28,845 nt of DNA from Octopus sinensis. Its lineage: Eukaryota. The translations under genes were made by a program, and so were the position numbers. Positions 1 through 11,645 of the stretch are shown here, piece after piece. The DNA lies in contig NW_021833173.1 of NCBI RefSeq assembly GCF_006345805.1, positions 1 through 28,845 of the forward strand, written 5' to 3'. Position 1 is the first letter of the stretch, and the number at the start of each line of letters is the position of its first letter. The notes under the pieces were generated by a model. The model made no database searches. It saw nothing but the letters and a program-made list of their open reading frames with translations, and had not been told where the DNA came from.

Positions 1-110
1 GGAAAGGAAGGAAGTATGAACGAATGAGCGAATGAAAGAAAAATGAAATAGAAGGGAGCTATTTCCTTCACTATATTGTTTCCTACCTTTTCTCATGATG
101 CCGCCCCCTC

Positions 111-520
111 CACACACACACACACACACATAGGTAGCCCATTCAATAGCACACATGCAGTGTGTGTGTGAGTGTCTCTGTGTCTGTGTGTGTATATGTG
201 TGAGTGCGTGTGCGTATATGTGTAAATGTGTGTGTGTGTAAGTGTGTGAGTGTATTTTTGTCTGTGTGTGTATGTGTGAGTGCGTGTGTGTATATGTGTG
301 AGTATGTGTGTGTGTGTGTTTCTTTGTGTCTGTGTGTATGTGTGAGTGCGTGTATGTATATGTGTAATTGTGCGCGTGTGTGTGTGTGTGTATGTGAGTG
401 CCTTTGTGTCTTTGTGTGTGTGTGAGTGTCTTTGTGTGTGTGTATACGAGCGACTGCGTGTGTGTATATATGTGATTGTGTCTGGGTGTTTGTGTTTTTG
501 TGTGTGCGCGCGCGCGCATA
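111..520. repeat. Compound (CA)n/(TG)n microsatellite field
   Basis: Imperfect CA then TG dinucleotide runs; source of the Cys/Val-rich spurious ORFs. Confidence 0.95.
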
Positions 521-614
521 TTTACTTTATTTTAAAGACTTCGATGAAGCTGCAGGGTCACACACATGCATGGCCGCCGTCTATATGACTGACCAACTGT
601 ATGATAAAAGGTAA

Positions 615-792
615 ATCATACATACATACAGTCATCCATCCATCCATACATACACATATACACACATACATACATGCATGCATGCTTGCATGCATATATA
701 CATACATATATACATGCATGCATGCATACAGACATGCATACATATATACATGCATACATGTATGCATGTACGTATGTATGTATATATGTATG
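615..792. repeat. (CATA)/(CATG)/(TATG) low-complexity tetranucleotide array
   Basis: Degenerate CATA, TGCA and TATG units read directly. Confidence 0.9.
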
Positions 793-1477
793 TTATTATT
801 CAGTTTTAGTTCAAGATTTCTTGCTAATACACAAGAACCGGTTTCTAACCTAGATCCAAGGCTCCTTCACTGGAATTTCAACATCAACCACAAGGGATTT
901 TTGATTGTGCAAATTTCCTTTGTTTAATGTTTGTATTCTCATGCATATAGTTACATATCTAGATACATTCTCATATATACGGAAATGAGAAACTTCTAGA
1001 AAGCTTTACAGATTTTTACAGTTCCAGTGATGGCTTGAATCTGTAGTCTTCGAATCAACTTTCTTCTTTCTGGTTTTAAGAAGCCTAATTTCTCAAGATT
1101 GGTACTTAGGCTGTGTGCTACATATCCCATATGTATGTATTATGTATGTATGTATGTATGTATGTATGTATGTATGTATGAGGGGAAAACGACACAGGTA
1201 GGAGACGCTCCTTTTAACTGACTGCTTTTTTATATCAATTTGAAACTGATGAAAAGCAGAAATGTCATGAGCGGTAACTGGACTCAGCACAGAAAGAGCC
1301 AGAACATATGTCGCAAGGTCGACACCATAATAATTCTACTAATCTACCTCTTTCATTATTATTTTTATTATTGTTTATTTTTCTTGAGCCGTAGGACTCA
1401 CAAGACCGGTTACCTAGTTTCTATGGCGTGACTATAATCACAACAACAACCTAACAGGGACGCTGATCGAATGCAGG

Positions 1478-1580
1478 TTCCAAGGCCAGCAATTTTGAGG
1501 AGAGGGTGTCAAATCTATTACATCGACCCCACTACTTGATTGGCACTTTATTTTATGAACCCCGAAAGGAGAAAAGGACA
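1478..1580 (-). mobile_element. Decayed 3' fragment of SINE family B
   Basis: TTACATCGACCCC..TTTATTTTATGAACCCCGAAAGG aligns to the reverse complement of 6670-6780. Confidence 0.7.
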
Positions 1581-1981
1581 ACAGTGAAATCTGAACATAA
1601 ACTGTACTTCTATACAATCGCTTGATTCACTAGAAATAGTAGTCAAATCTCCCTCGAATGAAAATGGAAGGATACTTTCAATAGTGTGGTCCTGAATACA
1701 TTATCATTTAAAGCAAGAAAGAAAATTGCGACTGGGCGGCCACTTCATAAGTCTACCGGGTCAGAAATGACTCACGGCGAAACAGGAACCGTTTTAATCC
1801 TCAACTTCAGTTTTTTCTCCTTACTCGCGCAATTCATACCATCAACCACCACCACCGCCAACAACAACAACAACAACACTGTTTCAATGGCCCCTTCCAC
1901 CTTCTTTTCCCTGCTTCCACCCACACCTTATTTCTTCCTGCCACTACATCTTCTATTCCCCTTACCTCCCACTCTTCCTTA

Positions 1982-2169
1982 TGTGTGTGTACGCGTGTGA
2001 GTATATACATATATATGTGTGTGTGTGTATGCGTGTGTGTGTGTATAGACACGGACATGAATATATATACATATACATACATACTCATACAGATACACAT
2101 ACATGTATATGTATATATTTATATGTATATGTATAGATGTATATAATTATATGCATATTTATAAATATC

Positions 2170-2210
<41 letters not shown>

Positions 2211-2315
2211 TCAGGCAAGCAAGCAGACAGACAGACAGACAGTCAGACAGGCAGACAGTCAGACAGACAGACAGACAGACAGACAGATAGGTAGGTAGGT
2301 AAGTAGGTAGGTAGG

Positions 2316-2396
<81 letters not shown>

Positions 2397-2471
2397 CGAG
2401 ACATATGACATACATACGTTTACATACTAGCACATCCATACACACACACCACACAAACACAGACACACACA

Positions 2472-2527
<56 letters not shown>

Positions 2528-2530
2528 CAA
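1982..2530. repeat. Compound microsatellite (TG/TA)n-(AGAC)n-(AGGT)n-(AGAT)n-(CA)n-(TA)n
   Basis: Stepwise AGAC>AGGT>AGAT tetranucleotide blocks at ~2170-2398, flanked by dinucleotide runs. Confidence 0.95.
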
Positions 2531-2846
2531 ATACCCGGTTCCCTCTTCGCCCTAATTTCTCCACCACCTGCAGCCCCAGCGTGCACGTCTACCCAAATTA
2601 TCAGCCAAAAGGTGAAAGGTTGCAGTTGCCCGGTGTCGATGAAGTCTCTTCATAGACCCGTCTGTGTGTATATATCTGCATCAGTGTACGCATGTGCATA
2701 TGTGTGTATATATGTATGTGTTTGTGAGTTTATGATTTTGGGCATACTCTGTATGTGTATGACAGCTAGTTTCTATATTTTATTTTCATGTAGCGGTTTG
2801 CACTCACATACACAAGCACGCATGTGCATATATACATGTATATATA

Positions 2847-3008
2847 GGCGCAGGAGTGGCTGTGTGGTGAGATGCATGCTTCCCAACCACATGGTTCCGG
2901 GTTCAGTCCCACTGCGTGGCAAGTGTCTTCTACTATAGCCTCGGGCCGACCAAAGCCTTGTGAGGGGATCTGGTAGACGGAAACTGAAAGAAGCCTGTCG
3001 TATATATC

Positions 3009-3047
<39 letters not shown>

Positions 3048-3232
3048 ATTATGTATTTGTGTGACTGTCCTTCCACTATCACTTGTTGGTGTGTTTACGT
3101 CCCCGTAACTTAGCGGTTCGGAAAAAAAAGCGATAGAATAAGTACAAGTCCTAGAGTAGATTTGCTCGACTAAATGTGGTGCTCCAGCATGGCCACAATC
3201 AAATGACTGAAACAAGTAAAAGAATAAAAGAA
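2847..3232 (+). mobile_element. tRNA-derived SINE family A (CORE-SINE-like), near full length
   Basis: GGCGCAGGAGTGGCTGTGTGG head, B-box-like GGTTCAGTCCC, internal (TA)n, tail CAGCATGGCC..TGACTGAAACAAGTAAAAGA; homologous to 19076, 20110, 24262 and 27361. Confidence 0.9.
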
Positions 3233-3258
3233 TATATATATTCTTATATTTATATATA

Positions 3259-3381
3259 TAGTAGAACTTCGGTTTTCGAACAACTCTGATCACGAATAAA
3301 TCATACTTCTCTCCTGTCTTTTTCATATTCAGTTAATACAGCAGTACCTCGCTTTACGAACGCCTCTGATTACGAATAATC
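3259..3381 (+). mobile_element. Two direct-orientation Tigger/pogo-like terminal fragments
   Basis: TAGTAGAACTTCGGTTTTCGAAC..CTCTGATCACGAATAA (3259-3300) and TA|CAGCAGTACCTCGCTTTACGAAC..CTCTGATTACGAATAA (3339-3381), about 30/37 identical; class call from resemblance to pogo-type TIRs. Confidence 0.5.
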
Positions 3382-3387
3382 GTGCTT

Positions 3388-3472
<85 letters not shown>

Positions 3473-3615
3473 GTATGTATTATATGTATGTATGTATGTA
3501 TGTATGTGTATGTATATGTATATATATGCTTATACAAACCAACATGCAAATATGTGTATATAACAAACACACACACACACGCACATACACACACATACAT
3601 ACACACATACACATA
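3388..3615. repeat. (TA)n, (TATG)n and (CA)n microsatellites
   Basis: Long near-perfect TA run followed by TATG and CA units. Confidence 0.95.
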
Positions 3616-5288
3616 CACATTCCGTTTGCAAAATGCAAATTGCTTCGGCTATTAAATGCACTCTTCAAGATAATGTGAAAAAGATTCATGCACCCATTAT
3701 TTATATGGCGTAGGATTACAGCAAAGAAACACACAATGAACTATACAAAAAAAAAGAAATGAATAAGAAAAAAAAAACCCTCTTCACAAAATCAAATATT
3801 AATCACTGCTGGAGGAGAAAAATCAAACATATCGTGTAATAAAAACAGATAAAAACTATGGGAGCGAGACGAACAAAATTATGAAAAAATGAAAAAAAAA
3901 AAGGATTATTGCAAAAAGAAAGTTATTTCAAAAAGCCCTCCTGAAATTGTGTAGAATTTAACTTACAGTGTTGAAGTTTGTGGAAAGAAAAGAAATAATT
4001 GTGACAAAAGGACAAAATGCGAAAATACTAGTTTACAATGAAAATTAAATATAGAAATTTATGGCTTATCAAATAAGTATGTTATATATACACCACAAAC
4101 ATACATGTTTATGTATGTGTATGTATATACGTGTATATATCTACATACATGCATCCATATAATATAATATATATGCATATTTATGTCTTCATGTGTGTAT
4201 GTTTGTGTGATTACATATAGCATCAAGTGTGACAAGAACTTCTGAATGAACCGACCTTCTATTCAATAGTAGCAACTTAAAAGTTAGCAACAGCTGTAGT
4301 AGAAACCAAAATATATACGTATCTCTAAACCCACAACCGAAAATAGACGCAACTGCAACTGAACAAAGCGTTGACCGTTAAGTGGAAATTGAAATTGCTC
4401 TGAAGGAAAGTGATGTCTGATGCAACGTTATTTCAAAAAGTAGCTAAAATTTTGTGCATCGGTGCAACAAGCAAAGCATTCAAGCCTGGATACACGTAAC
4501 AGCTGAATTCATCCCACTATATAAATAGAATAAGCACAACGGCTTTCTCGAAGCACATTTAGGACTTAAAAGAGAATAATATTGATATAGAAATAAGCTA
4601 GGCAATGAAACACACTGCTTTATATAAGTGGTTCTGTGACAAGAGCTTTTTTGATTTGCAAAAGGTATCACGTAATTACGCAACAAATGTAATTGATCAA
4701 CAGGGATGCTATGAAAATATCTAAGGGTCAGTGTTCTCGGAGAACGTGGACGAAATTTAATTCAGGAGTGAGGAAGCTATTTTGGACGGAAAAAATGATT
4801 TGAGGGAGTGGTGAGTGCTAGTTTGAAGAACGAGTAACAGTAGAGTTAAAGGAAGGAGGAAAGTACGGTTGGAGAAGAGAGCTGATTACTGTTGTTGCTG
4901 TTTTGGAATTCATGGCTTGAATTATTTTACTATGTAATATATAGTTCCGATGGCTTTTTTTTTTAACCCAATGCCTTAAGTTCTTTATAGCTGGATTCAC
5001 ATTTGAGAATATTGTCAACTGAATATTTATAAATATATATGCATATACACGATCGCACGCACACACATACACACGTCCTTTCTATCTGCATATGTATATT
5101 TCTGTTCGCGCACGAGTTGAACGTTTTTACCTCTGTCGCCAACAAATACTTTTCAGTGAGCTGCGCCAGATCATCGGCCTCCAAACAGCTGCGCCAGAAC
5201 TTCTCATTCAGTGACTGCTGACAGGACTAGGTAGATAAGTTAGTTTTGCTATATTACTACCTCGGGTTCGATCCCACTGCGTGGCATG

Positions 5289-5360
5289 TTACAGTAATAT
5301 TACAGTAATACAGTAATATTACAGTAATACAGTAATATTACAGTAATACAGTAATATTAC
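5289..5360. repeat. 19-bp minisatellite (TTACAGTAATACAGTAATA)x3 plus partial units
   Basis: Three exact units; unit junctions form the palindrome GTAATATTAC. Confidence 0.9.
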
Positions 5361-5927
5361 GAAAGACACGTAATATTACAGTATTAAGTAATACAGTACG
5401 TGTCCAAGTCTTGTGAGGGAAACTAAGGCGACAAAACCAACGAGGAAACCGCTTGAGAGGATTCTCGCCATAAATCAAAAGGCCATCTTGCACACTGTCA
5501 CACTGATCCTGCCTGGGAGCTGCACAAAGGGAACGCATGTTCGCGGAATACACAGCCACATATAATGGGATACAAGGTCACCTGTGTTTGTAATTCAAAG
5601 AACCAACGTTGTCACACACTGTTTCGGTTTGATTCGACTAGAAGATAATGTCAAAGGATAAACGTGACTGAGGAGTACTCGGCCATTTGAATATTAATTC
5701 AACGTGAAGGTAGCTGGTGGAACTGAATGTTCTTCGTCGAAATCGACGGAGGATCCGTTATAACCAGGAGGTCAAACATTTTGGGTAAGGGTTTTACTGT
5801 TCTGTGGATTTATTTTATTAAATCAAAAATGGACGCTGGTGACAAACACTATCGATCTCGACCAGGTTCGAACTCAGATCATAAAGAAGAGGAACTAAAC
5901 ATTGCTTCCTAATAACTTTGTCAAGGA

Positions 5928-5958
5928 TGATGATGATGACGACGACGACGGCGTCGAC

Positions 5959-6006
<48 letters not shown>

Positions 6007-6035
6007 GGTGGTGGTGGTGGTGGTGGTGACAATGG

Positions 6036-6066
<31 letters not shown>

Positions 6067-6200
6067 GGTGGTGGTGGTGGTGGTGGTGGTGTGGTGGTGG
6101 TGGTGATGATGATGATGGTGATGATGGTGGTGGTGGTGGTGGTGATGATGATGATGATGATGGTGAATGTTGTTTGAGGTTGGTGGTAGTAATAGTGATT
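5928..6200. repeat. Compound (GAT)n/(GGT)n/(GAC)n trinucleotide block
   Basis: Direct reading. Confidence 0.95.
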
Positions 6201-6445
6201 AGGATTATGGCATAATCACAAAGACCACAGCGAAGAGAAGAGAAAGAGAAAGTTGAGAAGAGGGTGAAGGGGAGAGGAGGGGAAGAGAGTGTTTATCCCC
6301 TTGACACAATAACATCAAGAGACAAATGTAATTGGTTACATAAATAAATGTTTGAAGGTTATTATTATTATTTTTTTTTTGGGTTATGAGGGGATCGTGC
6401 TCATGACATTTGAGAATAATACGGTTTATGTTCAAGTTCGTGGTG

Positions 6446-7019
6446 CAATGATTCTAACCATTTTTTTTTACCTGTAGACTCCTTTGGTTCCATTTGACTG
6501 GGATAAAACCCCAAAGCCATTCGGTGTTTAAAAGATCCTTTGGTCTTTTTTAGAATTAATATTATCAGGAATTGTAAAGGCGGCGAGCTGGTAGAATCGT
6601 TAGCACGCCGAGCGAAATGCTTAGCGGTATTTCACCCGTCGCTATGTTCTGAGTTCAAATTCCGCCGAGGTTGACTTTGCCTTTCATCTTTTTGTGGTCG
6701 ATAAATTAAGTACCAGTTGCGTACTGTGGTCGATCTAATCGACTGGCCCCTTCCCCAAAATTTCGGGCCTTGTGACAAGAGTAGAAAATAAAAATACCAG
6801 TTGTGTATTGGGGTCGATCTAATCGAATTATCCCCCTACCCCTACCTCACCAAATTTCAGGCCTTAGAAAGGATTATTAGGAACTGCATAAAAATATTGT
6901 TAAAATATATTTTGTGCATTACTGTAAGAGTAGAACCAATTCATTGCACATAAACTTTAGCAACAAAAATCTTTTATGGAACCCGAAGGGATCATATGGA
7001 CCCCGGTTGAGAACCGGTG
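6446..7019 (-). mobile_element. MITE-like non-autonomous DNA transposon (possibly hAT), interrupted by a SINE
   Basis: Degenerate TIRs CAATGATTCT-AACC (6446) and GGTTGAGAACCGGTG (to 7019); an intact CAGTGGTTCTCAACC terminus with matching subterminal sequence occurs at 13439; no clear 8-bp TSD. Confidence 0.6.
6579..6872 (+). mobile_element. tRNA-derived SINE family B with duplicated 3' tail
   Basis: GGCGGCGAGCTGGTAGAATCGTTAG A-box-like head, GAGTTCAAATTCC B box, central TTGCCTTTCATC..GGTCGATAAATTAAGTACCAG (resembles the Meta/MESC domain, uncertain); decayed 16-bp TSD at 6561-6576 and 6873-6888. Confidence 0.85.
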
Positions 7020-8029
7020 GTGTAGGGCAGAAGGACAGGTGTGGACAGAGCCACTGGTCTCCAACTGCTATACGACTCCCACTTATGACTCCCAGAAGTC
7101 GGGATACACACCGTCGACCACACCCCGATACCTCACTTCGGCTAGGGAGCAAAACTAAGCAGGGCTATCTGCAAGCGCCCGAGGGCTGCTGCAAAGAGGA
7201 CGTTACCCCTTAAGGGCACGAAAGCTGAATGTGCAGATAAAGTAGAAGAGCCCAAGATGGTCAATGGCTCAGAATGCTTGATAGCAAGATATGTATGGTG
7301 CATCTAGGGTAATCTTTTGGTTACCAGCTTCTGATAGCCAGCTTCTGTGGAAGGTATCCAGCACCCTACTATGTATGTAACTGCACCCGTAGCAAGCCAA
7401 CAATCTCAGACTAAATAGGGATTCTTGATATTCAGCCTGCTGGGAGTAGATGAAACCTTCTGATCATTGGCAACACCTGTAAATCAACGACAGGTGTAAA
7501 ATCAGTCTGTAAACTATGCACTGCCTGGTGGTGTAGGAAAACAGAATTGTTTAGAAGTTAGTTCATTTAGAGGCGCCATCTGCATGAAGCGCAAAATTAG
7601 GGGGGGGGGCGGATTCAAACGATAAGAAGATGGGTGATGTAGAATATGAAACCGAAAAGAAGAGAAACAGAATGATGAGAAGACGAAATGGGAGTGAGGG
7701 AGAGAAAGAGATATAGAGAGGGTGTGAGTAAGAGTGTGAGAGTTGGAAGGGAACTAAGGGAATAAAAAGTCACAAGAAAAAAAACCCGAGAAAAACAGGA
7801 ACAGAAGAAGCTGGGGGGAGGGGGCGAGGAGTTAACGTCTTGAACTTTCTTTGACCTACAACACTTTGAAGTAAATTGAGGTGGCTTCAGGCTGTCTGTC
7901 AGTCTGTCGGTCTGTTTGCCATTCCAAGACCGTTGTTAGATTCTTCGGAAATAAAGGCATTTCCAATGCATTTCCTCACAGCAAAAACCACTAAAGCATC
8001 TTTCATGAAAGTAAAACGCGCGCGCGTGT

Positions 8030-8084
8030 GGTAAGTGTGTGTGTGTGTGTGGAGGAAGAGACAGACAGACAGATATACGTAGAA

Positions 8085-8163
<79 letters not shown>

Positions 8164-8282
8164 CTTGAGAATGCATGTGATGTATGTGTGCATGTCTATG
8201 ATGAGTGTGTGCGAGAGTGTGTATGTATATATGTATGTATTTATGTATACATGTGTGTGTGTGTGTGTGTGCGTATGTGCGT
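8030..8282. repeat. (TG)n, (AGAC)n, (AGAT)n microsatellites
   Basis: Direct reading. Confidence 0.9.
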
Positions 8283-8435
8283 GTATGTCTCTAACAGCAA
8301 AATGGTTCTGCCGAAATAAATTCTACGTTTGTACTGAATGTCTCGTGTTTGCTAGATGCATATATCTTAGTGTACACGTAACGTTACAAGGACAGAATGG
8401 ACTGAGCGTAGCGGCAGGAAACTCGCGGATGGAAA

Positions 8436-8480
8436 GGGTCACTGAAGAGGTCACATATGGGTGACGAAAGATTTCCAGAC
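8436..8480 (+). ncRNA. Hammerhead-ribozyme-like core with intact stem II; stems I and III not canonical
   Basis: CTGAAGA (8442-8448), G, GTCAC-atatgg-GTGAC, GAAA (8466-8469). Confidence 0.5.
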
Positions 8481-8577
8481 ATTGGACATAAGATAAAATA
8501 AGAACAGTAATGGCCGAGTGAAGAACAAATATATAGTGCGTGTGTTTAACAAAAAAATATCCCCAAAACTAATAACA

Positions 8578-8799
8578 TATATAACAATATATACATATAT
8601 ATATATGTGTGTGTGTGTGTGTGTATGTGTGTGCGTATGTAGTTACCTTTATATGTATATGTGCATGTGTATGTATATATTTGTGTATATATATATATAT
8701 ATATATATATACATGCATATATATATACATGCATATATATATATATGTATAAATACATATGTGTGTGCATATATATATATACATACATACATACACACA

Positions 8800-8860
<61 letters not shown>
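8578..8860. repeat. (TA)n/(TG)n/(CA)n microsatellite field
   Basis: Direct reading. Confidence 0.95.
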
Positions 8861-8861
<1 letters not shown>

Positions 8862-9049
8862 GCTGTCTCTTTGTTCTCAGTGGAATTCTGCGAAGTAATT
8901 ATGTCTAGACAAGATAACACGTGACTTCAGTCATACCCTGACTGGGGAGACAGCATCACCATTCGAAATATCGATACTTTTATCGTTGATTTCCAATTCT
9001 GTTTCTCAATTTCTTCTCCTCCACCTCACCATTTCGCCTTATATCTCCT

Positions 9050-9185
9050 ACTCTCTCTCTCTCTCTCTCTCTTTCCCCTTCTCTCTACTTCTTTCTCTCT
9101 TTTCCATTATCACCTTCACAATCATCATCACCATTACCTCTGCCACATTATTATTATCACTGTCACCATCTTCCCCTTCATCTCT

Positions 9186-9225
<40 letters not shown>

Positions 9226-9279
9226 CAACCGCCATCCTCCGCCTCCTCTTCATCATCATCACCATCACCGTCGTCGTCG

Positions 9280-9310
<31 letters not shown>

Positions 9311-9867
9311 CATCATCATCATGACTGTCGTCATCATCATTGTCACCGTCCTCATTTTCACCATCACCATCACCATCACCATCACTGTAATCGTTATGAA
9401 CACACCACGTTTCTGATCGTAATCATCTCCCTAAACATTATTCCCATCATTTAGAAAATCACCAACATCACCACCACCCTCATCGCAATCATCATCATCA
9501 TGCCGATATCCTGCAGACATCCTATCAGATAATTGGAATCGTTATCAGATGATAGATATTTATCGAACATCATTATCATCATCATCGTCGTCACCATTAC
9601 CACCACCACCACAACCGCCGCCGCCGCCGCCACCACCACAACCACCACCACCACAACCGCCGCCACTACCGCCGCCGCCGCCACCACCACCGCCGCCGCC
9701 ACCACCGCCGCCACCACCACCGCCGCCGCCGCCACCGCTACCTGTTTTCCTGTTGTTAGAATCTCTTTGTCTTGTTCTCTCTTTTTTGATCAGTCATTTC
9801 CTCTTTCCACATCTCTATTTCCATCCCTCTCTTGGTCTATCTCTCTCACTTCCTTCCTCTCCCTCCT

Positions 9868-9892
<25 letters not shown>
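9050..9892. repeat. (CT)n, (TCA)n, (CCA)n/(CCG)n trinucleotide-rich low-complexity block
   Basis: Poly-Ser, poly-Thr/Ala and poly-Pro ORFs are products of the repeats. Confidence 0.9.
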
Positions 9893-9901
<9 letters not shown>

Positions 9902-10756
9902 TTAACGGCGCCCTCTTTCGCTCATCTACCGGGTGTCGTTCAAAATTCGTCATAGCAACATCAACATCAATAACAGCAACAATATCGCCATACATTTTAG
10001 TTATAAGGTGATGTTTGGTCCCAGGACAGCTCCGATCAAGCAAAAATTCATGCTTCATTCCACTGAATGAAACAAATAACAGAAAAAGAAGAGAAACTAG
10101 ACATCGCAGTTTATTTCAAATGCTGAAACGAAAAGAGAAGTCTAGTTTGCTATAGGAAGCAAAAAAATGGTTTTGTTTTCGAAGTACGTATATCACAAGG
10201 AAAGAGAAAAACAATAACGCATAAATGGTTTATTCTTATTTAATTAGAGTCGATATTTAAATTTTTTTTAAACTTCGATTTTTAAGATGTAAATGAAGTT
10301 ACAATATTCAGATATACATTGCTTTGAAAAAGGTAATTCAAAATGAATGATGCCGATGAAGTTTTTCGTATCTGAGTACATAATACGCTTTCTCTCTCGC
10401 GGATGCCACCATCTTGAGCAACAACGCCTCTAGCAAGCAATTCAGTAAAGGTGAGATTACCAGTGTTGCCAAACAAAACTTGGAGAGTTAACCTTTCGTG
10501 TTACATCTGTATTTTGCAACATATTCATTACAGCACTCATGGGTATATTTTCTTTTTGTACATTCACTTTGAATAACCCTGTATATCATATTGTAAAAAG
10601 TGATGTTTTGCTTTGTGGTTCAGAAAGTGAAACCACTGAAGTCGGGAAAGATCGGTATAATAAAATGTTCGGCAATACTCGACTAGAATCGGCAATGAAA
10701 TGAAATTTGCGAATGGCGAATAGCTTTTTTCATTACAACTAAAGGTTGAGATTCTT

Positions 10757-10812
10757 TATTCTTTTATTATTTCAGTGGTTACAGTCGTAGAACCGCAGCC
10801 ATGCTGGAGCAA
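10757..10812 (-). mobile_element. 3' tail fragment of SINE family A
   Basis: TTCTTTTATTATTTCAGT..GCAGCCATGCTGGAGCA matches the family A tail reverse complement. Confidence 0.55.
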
Positions 10813-10829
10813 TCCATTCATTTTCTATT

Positions 10830-11470
10830 AGTTTTGTTGTCGCTTTATGCCGTGAAGTTGGTCTGTGAGTGAGTTGTAGCTGCTGATCTTCCTTGACTGT
10901 GTCCTTGAATGCTTGGCTGCTTCAGTATCGCCGTTAGGATTTCGTTCAATTTTGTTTTTTTAATGCTTCAGTAGAGGCCCCTTTTAAACTTCTGATTTCT
11001 TTAGATATGCAGTCGAACAGTTGAGGACCACTAAATATCAGATTGTTACAATAGTGGTTTTATCGTGATTTCGAAGGTGATATATTTAGAAGCAGAGAGT
11101 ATTTTTCAACCCGTGCATTAAAATTTTCTTTAATGTCAAAGCTTAGAACATGCCCCTCCATGATTTTCCATACGTATATAATAGTATATCTCCCTCTTCG
11201 CCGTTCAAGGGAGTAGAGACACAAAACTTTCAAACGTTCCCAGTAAATAAGTCTTTGAAACGATGTTATTTTACTGGTGGACGTTCTTTATGGCCCTGGA
11301 ATTAAGTCGTACGAGATATTTGTATTAATACGATGGACACTGGATGCAAAATTAACTTTCTTGTATCGTTGGTATTGATTCATAATTCAGAGATATGCAA
11401 CATTGGACCAATGGTGAATTGCAATACATATCTGCAACGACGTTAAAAGCAGCCAAGTGCCAGGTGATGG
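10830..11470 (-). pseudogene. 3' remnant of a CR1/L2-group LINE ORF2 (reverse transcriptase C-terminus)
   Basis: Manual minus-strand translation TSKITSFQRLIYWERLKVLCLYSLERRRGRYTIIYVWKIMEGHV...SGPQLFDCISKEIRSLK matches the YWERLK..LYSLERRRERY..YxWKI and GPxLFNxLP motifs of CR1-like RT tails; stops and frameshifts present. Confidence 0.85.
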
Positions 11471-11512
11471 TGTTAAACTGGGCAACAAGTTGTTTACCGC
11501 CACCCAAGTATA

Positions 11513-11645
11513 CGAATTGTCTCTCTGATAGGTTTCCATAGTTTCTGTCATCAACACAAGATTATGGTAGAAGACACTTTCTCAAGATGGCATCGAACAC
11601 GAACCTACGTAGTTACGAAGCGAATAAGCACTTATAATACAGCGT
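11513..11645 (-). mobile_element. Highly decayed 5' half of SINE family A
   Basis: GTTTC..TGGTAGAAGACACTT..CAAG..GAACACGAACC pattern resembles the family A head reverse complement. Confidence 0.45.

Noticed and set aside
1246-1266. CTGATGA..GAAATGTC as a hammerhead
   Set aside because: Only AAAGCA lies between the boxes, so no stem II can form
3967-4027. 61-nt minus-strand candidate exon (AG..GTAAGT)
   Set aside because: Splice signals only; no recognisable peptide or partner exons; needs RNA-seq
7427-7510. HDV-like ribozyme (GGCAAC + P4-like hairpin + CAGACT/AGTCTG pairing)
   Set aside because: No catalytic C in J4/2, and the P2-to-P1.1 spacing is too long for a P3/L3/P1 nested pseudoknot
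10390-10456. Candidate exon ending AAG|GTGAGA
   Set aside because: No acceptor AG or start codon in the open frame, and an upstream in-frame stop
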